From Haliotis rufescens (taxonomy: Eukaryota): a stretch of 64,000 bases of DNA. Positions within the stretch are counted from its first letter, which is position 1. Each line of letters begins with the position of its first letter. Location of the stretch: contig NW_025963779.1 of the NCBI RefSeq assembly GCF_023055435.1, positions 70,246,001 through 70,310,000 of the forward strand, given 5' to 3'. Below, piece after piece: positions 25,591-38,163 of this stretch. A program made the position numbers and the translations under genes. Below the pieces are notes generated by a model. It was not told the origin of the DNA, made no database searches, and saw only the letters and a program-made list of their open reading frames with translations.

Positions 25591-25909
25591 TTTACGAATG
25601 TTGTGTTTATCGTAAGGTGATGTCAGATCATTTGCACATTTGGTTTTGCTTGTATAATACATGCTTGGTTTTGAGACGAGGAGATTGACCCTGTTACGGG
25701 GTTTTGTTTGCTGTTTTTGTCGGAGACCTCGGTTGTTGAAAAATACGGGAGTTCGGATGAATAAGGATTGAAATAACACGTGTCTTTGGAAATATCCTGA
25801 AGTTGAATACAACCTAGTGTAGTCTTCAACTCAACCCCGGGTGTTGCTGGTGAGTAGGTTCAGTTAAAGACTATGTTTATAACCTAGACTGATATCTAGT
25901 CTCCGAAAT

Positions 25910-25951
25910 CAGAGACCATATAATATATATATATATATAATATGGTCTCTA
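25910..25951. mobile_element. Putative P-superfamily footprint, copy 2
   Basis: CAGAGACCATATAATA(TA)nATATGGTCTCTA flanked by CCGAAAT/CCGAGAT. Confidence 0.65.
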
Positions 25952-26129
25952 CCGAGATGAACTGTTTTACAGAGAGAAAAAAACCGTTGTTAAATTAAAC
26001 TTCTAAAATATGATAAAAAGGAGCCCAGAGACTTTCTTCGTTATCAGATACTGCTGTAATCAAGACTCTATATTATAGACTTGCATGGGCTGTATTGGAT
26101 ATATTTGTTTCAGGATCTGTATGACAGAC

Positions 26130-26175
26130 CAGAGACCATAGACCATATAATATAAAATCTATTATATGGTCTCTG
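26130..26175. mobile_element. Putative P-superfamily footprint, copy 3
   Basis: CAGAGACCATA[GACCATA]TAATA-TAAAAT-CTATTATATGGTCTCTG flanked by exact GACAGAC. Confidence 0.72.
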
Positions 26176-26884
26176 GACAGACTATCTATAACCGTATGTA
26201 CAGCTTGCAATATATTCCCATATAAAGTGTCGTAGTCTATGTTAAGTTACGCACGAAAACACATTTGCTCCTCTCACATTGTTCCATACTCATATTGAAA
26301 TGCCGAGACCGACATCGACTTTTGTAACTTCCGTGCCAATAGTTGTTTCAGTATCCTTTCAATTGCTTCCTCTTCATCTTCACATGATGACGTTAATCTA
26401 CATCTACAATAACAGTGTTCGGTTACCAATTTTTCATCAGATATTGGTGGTATTTTAGACCTTTATGAAAATGAGATCAGTGTCATATGCAAATGTTTCC
26501 AAACTGTACATGGGCGTTCTGGGTATGTGAAAATACAGAAGGTTTGATACTTAGCTTTTTACGAGGCGTATATTTGCAATCATTTCCGGTCGGGCAAGTA
26601 GTACCACAGATGCATACCTACCGCGAAAAATATTATTTAAACTTTACATTTTAAATAGCATTAGAGACTTCACTTTCTTACACATGATTATGTAAACTTT
26701 GCTCTTCACTGAATTAAAGGCCAAGTTAGGACGCGACCTTATTAGTAACTGTTTATGAATCAAAGTTGGATGTATTCCCAACTTCCAAACATGCTGTCCT
26801 GACCCCTGTTCCACACATATAAAGCCGTCTTAGTACTAAGACTCTCGTAAGAATCTGCTACAGATCGCGGTCATCTTAGCACTA

Positions 26885-27232
26885 GGTGAGGTGAAATGGG
26901 GTTTAACGTCGCGTCCAAGATTATTGCACTTATATAGCGACGTGCATGTACGTGTGTGTGTGTTTGTGTGGCTGCATGTACTAGTCAGGACTGATGCCGA
27001 TTTATAGTGCTAGCTCACTGAGATACCATGCCGCAGTTTAACATGAATACCCCACTCAGACACAGTATACTGACTCCGAGCCGACCAGTCCTTGTTTTAG
27101 CCCCTTAATGCCGAGCGCCAGACAGGGTAACAACATATACCATCTTTTAACGTCTTTTGGTATGACGCGGCCGGGGATCGAACCCCGGACCTTCCGCTCT
27201 CCGGGCGGACGCTCTACCACTAGACAACGGAG
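26885..27232 (-). mobile_element. Full-length tRNA-derived SINE family D (RUDI/V-SINE-like), 13-bp TSD
   Basis: A-box TGTCTAGTGGT, B-box GGTTCGATCCC, body GACTGGTCGGCTCGGAGTCAG...CAGTGAGCTAGCACTATAAA (resembles molluscan RUDI, from memory); TSD CATCTTAGCACTA. Other copies at ~39470-39630, 40340-40605, 40940-41090, 49855-49918 (all -) and 51740-52046(+). Confidence 0.85.
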
Positions 27233-27992
27233 CATCTTAGCACTAAGACTCTCGTAAGAATCTGTTACAGATCGCGATCATCTTGGCGCTCTAATCGCTT
27301 TGTGGACAGAGTGAGCGAGTGAGTTTGGTGTAACGCCTCTTTGAACAGTGTTTCCGTTATATCAAGGTGTGTCAGTGGGATGTGGAAAGAAAGCCCGAAG
27401 TGGTCTCTGAAGTTTACAATTTTGGTGAAAGCCACGAGCACGGGTATGGAGCGGACAAACCTAGATACCTAAATATGGGTAATTTGGGATTCGTACTCAC
27501 GATCAAAGGTCTCTGACACGTTGGTGGTAGGCAACACTCTGCTCAACGAGTCCCGAGGCAGTTGACTCCTGGGCCACCCGTGCCCTCTAACCGGGACAAA
27601 GGCAGCCAAAATACATGTTTGTGGCCAACCCAATTTTACATGGAGCCAAATTCAGATAATGAAGTTAATGTTTCGCTCATACTGGTGAAGTAACATTAAT
27701 ACATATAAAAATTCAATGCGTCCTCGACGTATCCGAGTTTTGAAGACCGAACCCAAAAATGTAGAAATTGTGATCGATACTTGATGTTTGATCAGGTTTG
27801 GATACAATGCATAGTCTGTAGGCGACTGCAAAATAAATTATGAGCGCCAAACTAAAATCGGTCGCTAAATTGAGGGCTGCGAAATATATATGTATTATTT
27901 ATCAACTATTCAATGCATGATTGCGATCTATACTAATGCTGGCATGAACCTATTTATAAAAAACATTGTTAATAATGTGTTTCTCCCGCCAG

Positions 27993-28892
27993 ATGGAGCT
28001 GTTGCTGGGAGGTATCCAGGTGACGCTGAGGCACAACCTAGGCGTCCTCCTGTTATGCGACGTCCTCATCCTCATCCTCAACCTCATGGTCATCCTGATC
28101 ATCCTCATGTCGGAGAGGTTCAGGAGCTCCACCAAGCACCTGCTAATTGTCAATCTAGCCTTTGCCGACCTCCTAATAGGGGCTATAGTGATACCTCTTT
28201 ATGCAGACTATGGGGAGAAGGGAGAGTGGCAGTTCCCCTGCGCTTTGAGGAACGCACTGACTCTGCTCCAGATAAACATCCTTCCGTCTATAACTACATT
28301 ATGTGTGTTTGTCATCAATATGGATTACGTGTTCAGGATGGGGTGCTATTTGTACACAAACGGTAAGACAAAGTACGTGATGTCTGGTTCAATGGGTATT
28401 TTACCCTGGTTGATATCCGGGGCGCTCCTGGTACCACTATATTTCATGGCCACAGAGCCGGGTCGTCCATATGACGTACTTCCGTGCGTCAGGAGGTACA
28501 AGGAAGACGTCACGGCACTGCTACTCATAGCCTTCTCGTTCTTTCCCCAAAGTTTCGTCATCATGGTCACTGGAATTGCTTCTGTCATCGGATACCTCAT
28601 CAAACGGCGCTCCACGGGGCTGGACATGTTTGGCGAGAGAATACACTCACCAGTGGACATAAGCATGGTCAGTTTTGTCACCATCCTTTTCTATACCCCG
28701 TACTTCTGTCTGGCTGTCCCCGTTAACCGAATAAGCTGCAGCACATCCTCAGAGTGTGAAGTCCTTCATACCATTGGCATTATGGCCAGCTGGTTGTTTG
28801 TCATCAAGTCCTTTGTCGTGCCCTTGTGTTGGTTCTGTTCTAGAGACTTCAGAGCCGCGTTCAGGAATATTTGCTGTTGGTGTTGCTGCTAG
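27993..28892 (+). CDS. Atypical rhodopsin-like (class A) GPCR, intronless CDS, 299 aa
   Basis: Seven hydrophobic segments; TM1 N, TM2 NLAFADLL, ECL1 W, TM4 W, TM5 P, TM6 FYTP, helix 8 SRDFRAAF, Cys-rich tail. ATG directly follows acceptor TTTCTCCCGCCAG; AATAAA at ~29565. Confidence 0.88.
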   Translation: MELLLGGIQVTLRHNLGVLLLCDVLILILNLMVILIILMSERFRSSTKHLLIVNLAFADLLIGAIVIPLYADYGEKGEWQFPCALRNALTLLQINILPSITTLCVFVINMDYVFRMGCYLYTNGKTKYVMSGSMGILPWLISGALLVPLYFMATEPGRPYDVLPCVRRYKEDVTALLLIAFSFFPQSFVIMVTGIASVIGYLIKRRSTGLDMFGERIHSPVDISMVSFVTILFYTPYFCLAVPVNRISCSTSSECEVLHTIGIMASWLFVIKSFVVPLCWFCSRDFRAAFRNICCWCCC

Positions 28893-31800
28893 TGACATCG
28901 TTGTCGACATCTGAGTTTGGTAGCATCGGTTACTGCTATTGACCGCATCTTTGTCGACGAGTTTGGTATCATCTGCTGCTGGCGATACCACATCATGTTT
29001 GACGATTTCAGATCTGGTTACGAAGGCCGACAACACAGCATTTTGCGAATAGCTTCAGATTGTGCAGCTAGAACGAAGTCACGGAACAATCCCCTGAATG
29101 TGTGAACATCACGTTGGTACTGAGAAATGATAAACCCATGTTGTGTCCTAACTGTGTAGGCCTTATGTACGATGGACCTGTGTTGTATCGCCTGCTGACA
29201 ATATAGGTGTTCGAAGGTTACCATATTGAACTGATACTAGACCAGCGGTCCCGGTTTGACGAACGCACTGAAGCAGATCCACATGTATTTCTTCAACTGG
29301 TAGAACTGACCTAAAGTAACCAACATCCATTGCCTGCTGCAATGCAAGGAACGGTAAACAAGCATTCACACAACGTGACACGTAACTTGTTCTGCATGAC
29401 GCAAGGACTGTACTGTTCTCTCACACTGATGGACATCGAGGAACAGTGTGTGTGTGCAGGGTGAAAGTGGGGGCGGGGGTACCTTGAGGAGGTTTGCACA
29501 AAAAGACCAAGACCATAACATCGCAGACAAGCCAGGTCTTGTTTGTTTCACTCAACCTGGATTAGAATAAATACTTGTATTGAATGCCCGTTGCCTTATG
29601 TAAGATGTTTGTTGTGAGTATGTACTTAGGAACTACCCTTGCTGCGTGTATCATATGTGACGAAGTGCTACAATGTCTGCGGTAATGTGAAACGTTGTTT
29701 GACCAATCCACGTACAATTCAATGACCAGCGTATTGAATTTGTTTTTAGTAAAAACTGAGCTAATATTATACTTTTCAATTTATTTTCGGGACAAATTTG
29801 GTTTTCGGTCCCTCATACAGTCAAGGCAATTCCTAACAACATATGAGAAATCAGGCGTTTGCAGACCTAAGTAGTTCACTACTGATTGTACATAGTGAGT
29901 TGTGTCACTACTGATTGCACACAGTGAGTTGTGTCACTACAGGCTGTGTAATGCTGACGGGCGAGGCACTCCACTCGTCTGGCTCCTGGAGTTGGACGCT
30001 GATTGATGGAACCAGGCGGGACAGTTGTGACAAGCGATATACACCTAACGTCCTCTGTGTTATTTGTGGTTTATGGATTGTGGTGATGTTTTAGGAACGG
30101 GACAAGTCTCAGAGAACAGACGAGACAGCACAGATGTGATGGAGAAAGTCTTAAGACTCCTTTACAAGGAGCAAGTTACAGAACACAATTTGTTGGACTG
30201 ACTGATGGTACCTTTCATCGAATATGCATGCTTAATGGTCGTGACTTAGACCACATGGACTTAAATTACTGCTATGTCCACAGAAAAACTATGCGTTCTG
30301 TATAAGAATTCACTTGTATTGGTGTCTAACTAATATTAATGTTACTATTGACACATAAACTGTCAGACAAAAGAAAGTAAACACTTTAAAATTGGAAGTG
30401 ACAAAAAAAATACAAACGTTATGAAACTACACAAATAGTCGCCGAAACATTGCAGACTTAGGTCCAAAACACAACTGTGATATCCGTATCAAATAATTCC
30501 CATCGAATAACCATTTATTTTTTCTTTTCTTTTCTATATTGTTTATTTGATAACGAAATCGTGAATTCTTCTGTATGGTGACGGATAGCATAGTTTCTGT
30601 TAGACCATGTATAATAACTTGGTTGACGGATTTGTGGAATACAAACATAGATGATCGAAGTGTAATTGCAGTAATCTATTTAACGTAATTTTTTTTTATC
30701 AAGAAAAAGGTTGACATAAAGATAATGAAATTGAAGAAACGGGCTACACGAGGAGTTCAAGGGTTACCTCCCTTTTCCTATATATCGGCTTTGGATTAAT
30801 TTTATTCATGAAGGTTGTTCTCTCGGCGGGACGATGTTTTCTTTTCCTTTAACATTTTTTATATATTTAGGATAGCGGATCCGTAAACTAAGTAATAATA
30901 AATGGCGGTACATATAGCGCCGTGTGTAATTCACACATAGCATCACGTACAGTCGGCACTGGAAGTAAGACAACATAATAAAATTAGGCGTTGTGAGTCA
31001 TGCTCTATCTTAGCCTGTAGCGGAAGAGAATAATGTAGAAAAGTTTAAACATGAATGTTGGTGTCAAGAATACGGTAGTAACGCATCTATGCTGCACAGA
31101 GTGTGATAGGGATACTGGGCTGTTCATTTTGTGCAAGGCGTATGCCAAGGATGCGCATGATTCCTTGATGAGAATCGACCCTAGTGGTTGTGTGACGAGC
31201 TCACGCACACACCACCGTGCCACCGCGCATAACCAACTCTCTAGGACTGTCAACCTCTGATTGGAGTGAAAACGTTAAGAAAACAGTTTAAGCAGATCAT
31301 AATCATCGACAGTTTATATGTCTGAAAAACCTGCATGTATCCATGGTAGCAAAACGATTATTTATTTACCAATGCATGTAACAATTATGAAGAAACATAA
31401 TGAATTGTAAACACAGCTAACCGATACTCTTTACTTGCAACATAAGAAACGTCGTTTATCAGTAACATTTGAAATGCTATCCAGTGCTTATTTTGTCAAG
31501 ATCAGCTCCTCCTAAGAAATGTTCCCTTAACTACTTAAACGAGCATCGTTCAGGTTAATGAAGATCTTGGCTGATATTGATGTTCTGGTTATAGCTCGAA
31601 TATGTATCGCTGGTGTTTAAAATCATTCGTTACGTTTTTTGTAAGCGGAATGGAGGCACAATCCTTAGCTTGTGGCACCGTGTACTCACATCTTGAAGTA
31701 GTTTTTACCCTGCAACTGCCCATAGTTGGAATGAGAACAATTTGTTGGTGCCAAGCCTTTCATGTCAGTCAGGCTTGCTGTCTCCATCTAATTCCCGGCT

Positions 31801-32339
31801 TTTAAAGCGATATAACGACCCGTGTGTTAAAACATAGGAAAGTGTAAATTCCGTGAGACGTTGACAAATGGATCTGACATTTTTATTTCACGGCACGATC
31901 GTATTCGCTTGGGTGATATTTTGGAAAATATTTATCATTTGAAGAGGGTTTAACTTGTCGACGTTGAAAGTGCTCAGTATGGTCCCAGTTAAGAAAGGTC
32001 ACAAGTTTTTGAATTTTTTTTTGTGATTCATATGTGTTGAAAATAAATCTTTCCAACCTAGCATTCTGATGTTCGGCAATAGTGCGCATCTACTGATACT
32101 GCAGACATTTCAGTTACTAGACAAGGGAGATAACATAACTGAGTTTTCTTGTTTGTCTTTTCACTCTTATGACCACGCATCTGAATCCAGAATAGAAATA
32201 GCAATATCGTCAATAAATCATGAAAACATCCATAAAATTCAAATTCATAAACATATCTCAGATTCACTAAAGACTCGTCATAATATGTGTCTTTTAGCAT
32301 CTTACACGATAACATCGTTTACCCCTCAAAGTCCACTGG

Positions 32340-32662
32340 AAATACATCGAGCTATATCGTTATACATACTTCGAGTGTACCGAACACATACCGTAGTGTC
32401 GATGTAGGATTATTTCGGGACCATGAATTGACATCCTCCTTAGCGACACTTGGAGTTAAAGGAGTTCGAGTTACGAGGTTGCTCGCTCGATTAATTTGGT
32501 CTATAATTTACAGGAACCGGGACCATCGAAAATACATCGAGTTATGCGTACTTCGAGAGTACCGAACATCTACCATAGTGGCGGCATAGCAGGGTCGGGA
32601 CCATGAAGTTTGTTCTCTAAGTCATATACTAGTTTAAATGAGTCGAGATAGCAAGGTTGCTT
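32340..32662 (+). repeat. Degenerate ~190-bp tandem duplication
   Basis: AAATACATCGAG...TACTTCGAG.GTACCGAACA...CGGGACCATGAA...AGGTTGCT occurs twice. Confidence 0.6.
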
Positions 32663-33849
32663 TCTATTTGATCATGGTCGACAATTCACAGCAATCGGAA
32701 TACCTTCAGTGGCGGTCTGGAAAGTTATGGTCACACTACAAGTCACTGATGTTCCCATTTCTTTCTGACAATGCACCCCATCCTTCTGACTTTTATATGT
32801 TTGAATAAAGATAAAACTTCATGCAGTAAACTTCATGACCAGATCGTTTTACACGTGCATCTAAATACATTTTGCCAGGGCTACGGTCAAACGTTTCCAA
32901 ATCTGACAGTTTGTACCTATCTCAAAATATCTACAACGGGTGCCCAGGTAGGGTCGGGTAATAGGGTGGTGGGTACCCGGGTAGTAAATCTGGACTCGTC
33001 CCAGCCCTATAATCTATATCAAGTGGCGAAACAATAAATGTCAATGCTGACCTAACAACAGAAAACTGACCCGAAAAGGTTTAGCCCCTGACCTCGAATG
33101 GTGTCACCTGTCACGTGATCAATATTGACTTTGTCTGCTAGGAAACAACATGGCGTCTGTGAGTGGCAATACATGCGGTTAACGGTTCGACGAATTTCTG
33201 AAGATTTCTTGAAAAAGCTTGAAAACAGGGACAAAAACTGTGAATTAAATAAAATTTGGTACAACCAAACAATTGATTATATAGGCTTATATAGGGACCA
33301 AACATTAAGATTCATGTATATGGCTGTATTCATGGATTGCAGTGAACATATCTGACTAAATAACAATGAAATGGCTGGCCACCAGACATTGACCACTTGA
33401 ACATTCTCCAGGCATATTATTCAGCATCTCATTTGTGAAGTGCCAAGTAAATGGAGAAGATATACCATTATTGTTACACTCATTTATCTTGACGAAACCA
33501 TGGACCCGCCCATTGTGCATGGACATATAGCATGACACGTGACCGCAGCATAATTCCCATAATACACCCGAGTCTTTTCGTCATTGTAACTTACTTACGT
33601 ATATACATATGTAGACATAATATTCATGTAACATACTTATACTGTAGATATCAACTGTATATTTGTTTGTAAGTTTTGTACTACTTGAAATTAATAAAAC
33701 TACTTATTCTTATTGTGTTGCATTTTTGTAAATTGGACATTGTGAGGCGAAACCGTGATGGACCAACACTGCAGCATGTCCACCGACGCGATAGTGAGCT
33801 CCGCACCGTCTCACCACTGGCCACCATCAACGAGCGACTGAGGTTTTCT

Positions 33850-34110
33850 TCAATTGCCTTATTACAGCACTATCGGCGATATCAGTGAGCCTTGTCACAG
33901 CAATATCGTCAATTTCAATAAGCCTTATCACAGCAATATCAATGAACCTTAGAAAAAATAATATTAAAGCAATACCAAAGGACCTTATATTACAGTAATA
34001 TCAATGAGCCTTATTACAGCAATTTCGGCAATATTACTGAGCAGGCTCACTACGGCAATATCAATAAACGTTATTACAGCAATATCAATTGGCCTTTCTA
34101 CGGCAATATC
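33850..34110 (+). repeat. Degenerate 24-33-bp tandem repeat
   Basis: Recurrent ATTACAGCAATATC..AATGAGCCTT. Confidence 0.6.
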
Positions 34111-35474
34111 TTGATCCTTGTTGCTTCCTTCCTCTCGTCTTACTGTAAATATTTGCGACCTAACCATCATCTAAAAGACAACAGATGATGCCTTGACAGA
34201 CTTTATTTCTAAAAAAAGACACCAATACATGTATCCTAATATTTGCATTGTTTATTTTTGCACAAACCCCAGTACATTCAGAAATATTCAAGGGGTTAAA
34301 TGACATTAGCATCAATGTATCCATTTTAATACATACCAGTGTTGCTGAGAAACACAAACAAATTTTACATAACTTTGACGATAATATGATTTATATTCCA
34401 TTTCTGCTCATATATACAATTATATATAATCTTGAGACATAATGCTTTTGTATAGAATCATATAAGCACCAAGCTGTCTTGCAACTGTCCTTGGATATTA
34501 CACAGTGACATACTCCTCTTGCAAACTGTCAGTTGATTCCGCCTTTGGAGTCTATGTTGCAGATTGTAAATTAGAGGTGAAAATCAATTGGTATAAAACA
34601 ATCAGTTATAATCAGTAAATAAACCTTTTGTATAGTTTCCTATGAGGTATCATTCTATGTAATTGCCCATTCTTTCATTATCAAAATATATTGCAGACTC
34701 TAGGCTTTTGAGACGACATTGACCAAAGTGAAACCAGTAAATTCATATAATAATAAATCAGAACATACCAAGTAAACAAACATTAATAGTTTGGTCACAT
34801 GCTCCAAAAAGATCATTGCATTTTTGGTCATTTTCTAAAACATATTACAAGTGTATTCATATTTTGGGTGTCCGCATGATGTTCATTAAATAAACTTTGG
34901 ACATGGGTTGCTATTATATAGTGAAATCAGTACCGAAGCCCCCGCTTGTATTGTTTCACATTTCCCAGAATGAGTAGGATCCACAAATGTATCCTATTAT
35001 TGATGAGACTGCAATATATTGGGTCATCAATGAACAATGACAGGAACCTTCTGTATGCTTCACTTGTAGTACAACTTAGTATGACTTTAAAGGAACGAGT
35101 AGAGGTTGTCAGATTAGATTAGTGACTTTGGACATGTTTCTATCTAAGGCTTTCCATCTTTAACACATCCTTACATTTTAAGTCAATCATCATTGGAATG
35201 TTTGCCACAAAAAGACATATTTATTTTTATTTTCTCAAAATTAATTTGATTGCACAAAAAGCAAAATGTATACTTTAACCCTTCAAATTCAATCCACAGA
35301 GCATATCCTTGAGTTCAACATCATGTTTTACCACTTTCTTAACTGATGATAAAATGTCTGCTAAACTATCCTTGTAAAAACAGTTTCCTTGGCAACATAC
35401 TATTCTTAAGGATGCTACAAGAAACACTGAGAAGAAAAGAAATCTACAACATCCATACTTGAAGGTCATGGATA

Positions 35475-36905
35475 CACTGTGAACCTAGTGTATACACGAT
35501 CATGAAGTATAGGCGCTGTGTTCCTGGAGGAACGTTGTGTATAGAAGACTGTGAAGTATAGACGATGTGTTCCTGAAGGGACATCGTGTATACTGTGAAG
35601 TACAGTGATCCCTCGCTACAACCCTACTTTTGGGGTCAAAATAATTGATGAGCGTTATAGACGATCAGCGGTTTAACCGAGGTGGAGTTGTAGGTGGTTG
35701 TTGACCAACAAAACAGTACATGCTCTACCTACCTAACACGATCTACGCTGCATGGTTAAAAAAAGATTAGAAAAGTAGTTGTTTATGATTCACAGTGTAA
35801 AAAAAGATTTATTGAGTGTTATGCGTTTTAAAAAAACCAGGGGTATAACAAACTTGATCAATAAAAAAATGAAATTTGATATAAAACATCACTAGACATG
35901 ATGATTTACCATTTAAATTGTATTTCCTGCTCTCAAAGGCACAATAGCGAGGGAACACTGTATAGATGATGAGCTCCTAAAGGGATGTCGTGTATACAAG
36001 ACTGTGAAGTATAGACGATGTGTTCCTGAAGGGATGTCGTGTATACAAGACAGTGAAGTATAGCCGATGTGTTCCTAAAGGGATGTCGTGTATACAAGAC
36101 TGTGAAGTATAGACGATGTGTTCCTAAAGGGATGTCGTGTATACAAGACTGTGAAGTATAGCCGATGTGTTCCTAAAGGGATGTCGTGCATACAAGACTG
36201 TGAAGTATAGCCGATGTGTTCCTAAAGGGATGTCGTGTATACAAGACTGTGAAGTATAGACGATGTGTTCCTAAAGGGATGTCGTGTATACAAGACTGTG
36301 AAGTATAGACGATGTGTTCCTGAAGGGATGTCGTGCATACAAGACTGTGAAGTATAGACGATGTGTTCCTAAAGGGATGTCGTGTATACAAGACTGTGAA
36401 GTATAGCCGATGTGTTCCTAAAGGGATGTCGTGTATACAAGACTGTGAAGTATAGACGATGTGTTCCTGAAGGGATGTCGTGCATACAAGACAGTGAAGT
36501 ATAGCCGATGTGTTCCTAAAGGGATGTCGTGTATACAAGACTGTGAAGTATAGCCGATGTGTTCCTAAAGGGATGTCGTGCATACAAGACTGTGAAGTAT
36601 AGACGATGTGTTCCTGAAGGGATGTCGTGTATACAAGACTGTGAAGTATAGACGATGTGTTCCTGGAGGAACGTCGTGCATACAAGACAGTGAAGTATAG
36701 AGGATGAGCTCCTAAAGGGATGTCGTGTATACAAGACTGTGAAGTATAGACGATGTGTTCCTGGAGGAACGTCGTGCATACAAGACTGAAGTATAGACGA
36801 TGTGTTCCTAAAGGGATGTCGTGTATACAAGACTGTGAAGTATAGACGATGTGTTCCTGGAGGAACGTCGTGCATACAAGACAGTGAAGTACGGTTGTGT
36901 ACACT
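35475..36905 (+). repeat. 49-bp minisatellite (~21 copies) split by a MITE
   Basis: Unit GTATAGACGATGTGTTCCTAAAGGGATGTCGTGTATACAAGACTGTGAA. Confidence 0.93.
35603..35960. mobile_element. pogo/Tc1-type MITE, TA TSD
   Basis: TA|CAGTGATCCCTCGCTA ... TAGCGAGGGAACACTG|TA. Confidence 0.85.
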
Positions 36906-37531
36906 TCACATATGAAGGAAGATGTGCAGGGTTTTCTCCACACAGTCATGTCTCATGATTAAGTAAAGTAGAAGCACTTCATGTGCTAAATGAAAGAGAA
37001 ACACTCCTGCAAAATAAATTGTTTTAAGGGCATTTCTTAGTTGACAGATGACAAAGTAGACACAATTCAAGGATAAAAACTTAGACATTTTGATTTGCTA
37101 CATCTTGTGATTACACAACAACGGTTTTAATCATATATTCCAGCATTATCTCAGCCGGGGAGCCAAATATGGGCTTCATATTGTACCCATGCTGGGGATC
37201 GAACCCAGGCCTTCAACGAGAAGAACGAACACTTTAACCACAAGGCTACCCCAAGACCCCTATTACTCAGATGAGTGATGGGATGTGAGCACTGGATAAC
37301 AGTATCTGTAAGATGAAAAGCCAGAGCACTCAATCATAATTTCTGATTATCAAATCACAAATCAATATATCCTACAATTCTATGACAAAAGATAAAATGA
37401 ACTGGTGAGTAGGGTTTACACCTCTTTTAGCAACATTCCATATGGATGGTTATAACCCCCCACCCCCCGCCAAACCTGTCCTTACAAATTGCAATATACA
37501 TTGAAGGATGAACTCCTTTCACACCAGGCAT

Positions 37532-37695
37532 GAGTGAGTGAGTAGGGTTTTAGGCCACTTTCAGCAATATTACAGCAATATCACGGCAGGGGACACCAGA
37601 AATGGGCTTCACACTGTACCCATGTGGGGTATGAAACCCAGGCCTTCGGCATGATGAGCTAATGCTTCAAACACTAGGCAACCCCACTACCCTTC
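37532..37695 (-). mobile_element. SINE family B (another copy at ~37120-37258)
   Basis: Homology to 53980-54142. Confidence 0.75.
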
Positions 37696-37873
37696 CCAGA
37701 AGTAAATAAATCACAAGTGAAGGTTCGTTGCAATCACCATGGTGTTTGACACAAGTTCAAGAGTCATATAAATGAAGAGAATCGGCATGATACAGATTTT
37801 CATCTTACAGACTAAATTACTTTAAAATTAAGTTGAAATAAATAAATAAATGTTTTGTTCTAATCCATCAAGG

Positions 37874-38163
37874 CTACTTTTTGCCAAGAGAGCTCTTTAT
37901 ATCTTTGAGCAGCATTGTCCCAATCACCATCTTCTCGCAATTGACAGTCAGAGTTGCTTTGGATTCCTTAACTTTCACAGTCACCAACACAAGCGTGCCA
38001 TCACCTAATGTTTTGGCGGAAAATCTGTAGGTGTTTTCTTCTGACGACGGTACTTGTAACACATTCGCAGCTGTATGAACACAGGAACAAATAGCCTTCG
38101 GTGACTGGTTCGTTTCAGGAAGCTCTGTACTTCCAGAATTTTCATTCATTCCTCCAAGTTTAC
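37874..38163 (-). CDS. AP3B1: AP3B terminal exon
   Basis: KLGGMNE...YRFSAKT...[23 protein letters not shown]. Confidence 0.92.

Noticed and set aside
28780-28835. Opsin assignment from a TM7 lysine
   Set aside because: The Lys is 5 residues before the TM7 Pro (position 7.45), not 7 as for the retinal-binding K7.43, and other opsin motifs are absent.
36173-36949. 258-aa repetitive ORF (and similar ORFs at 5879-6371 and 14212-14758)
   Set aside because: Minisatellite translations.
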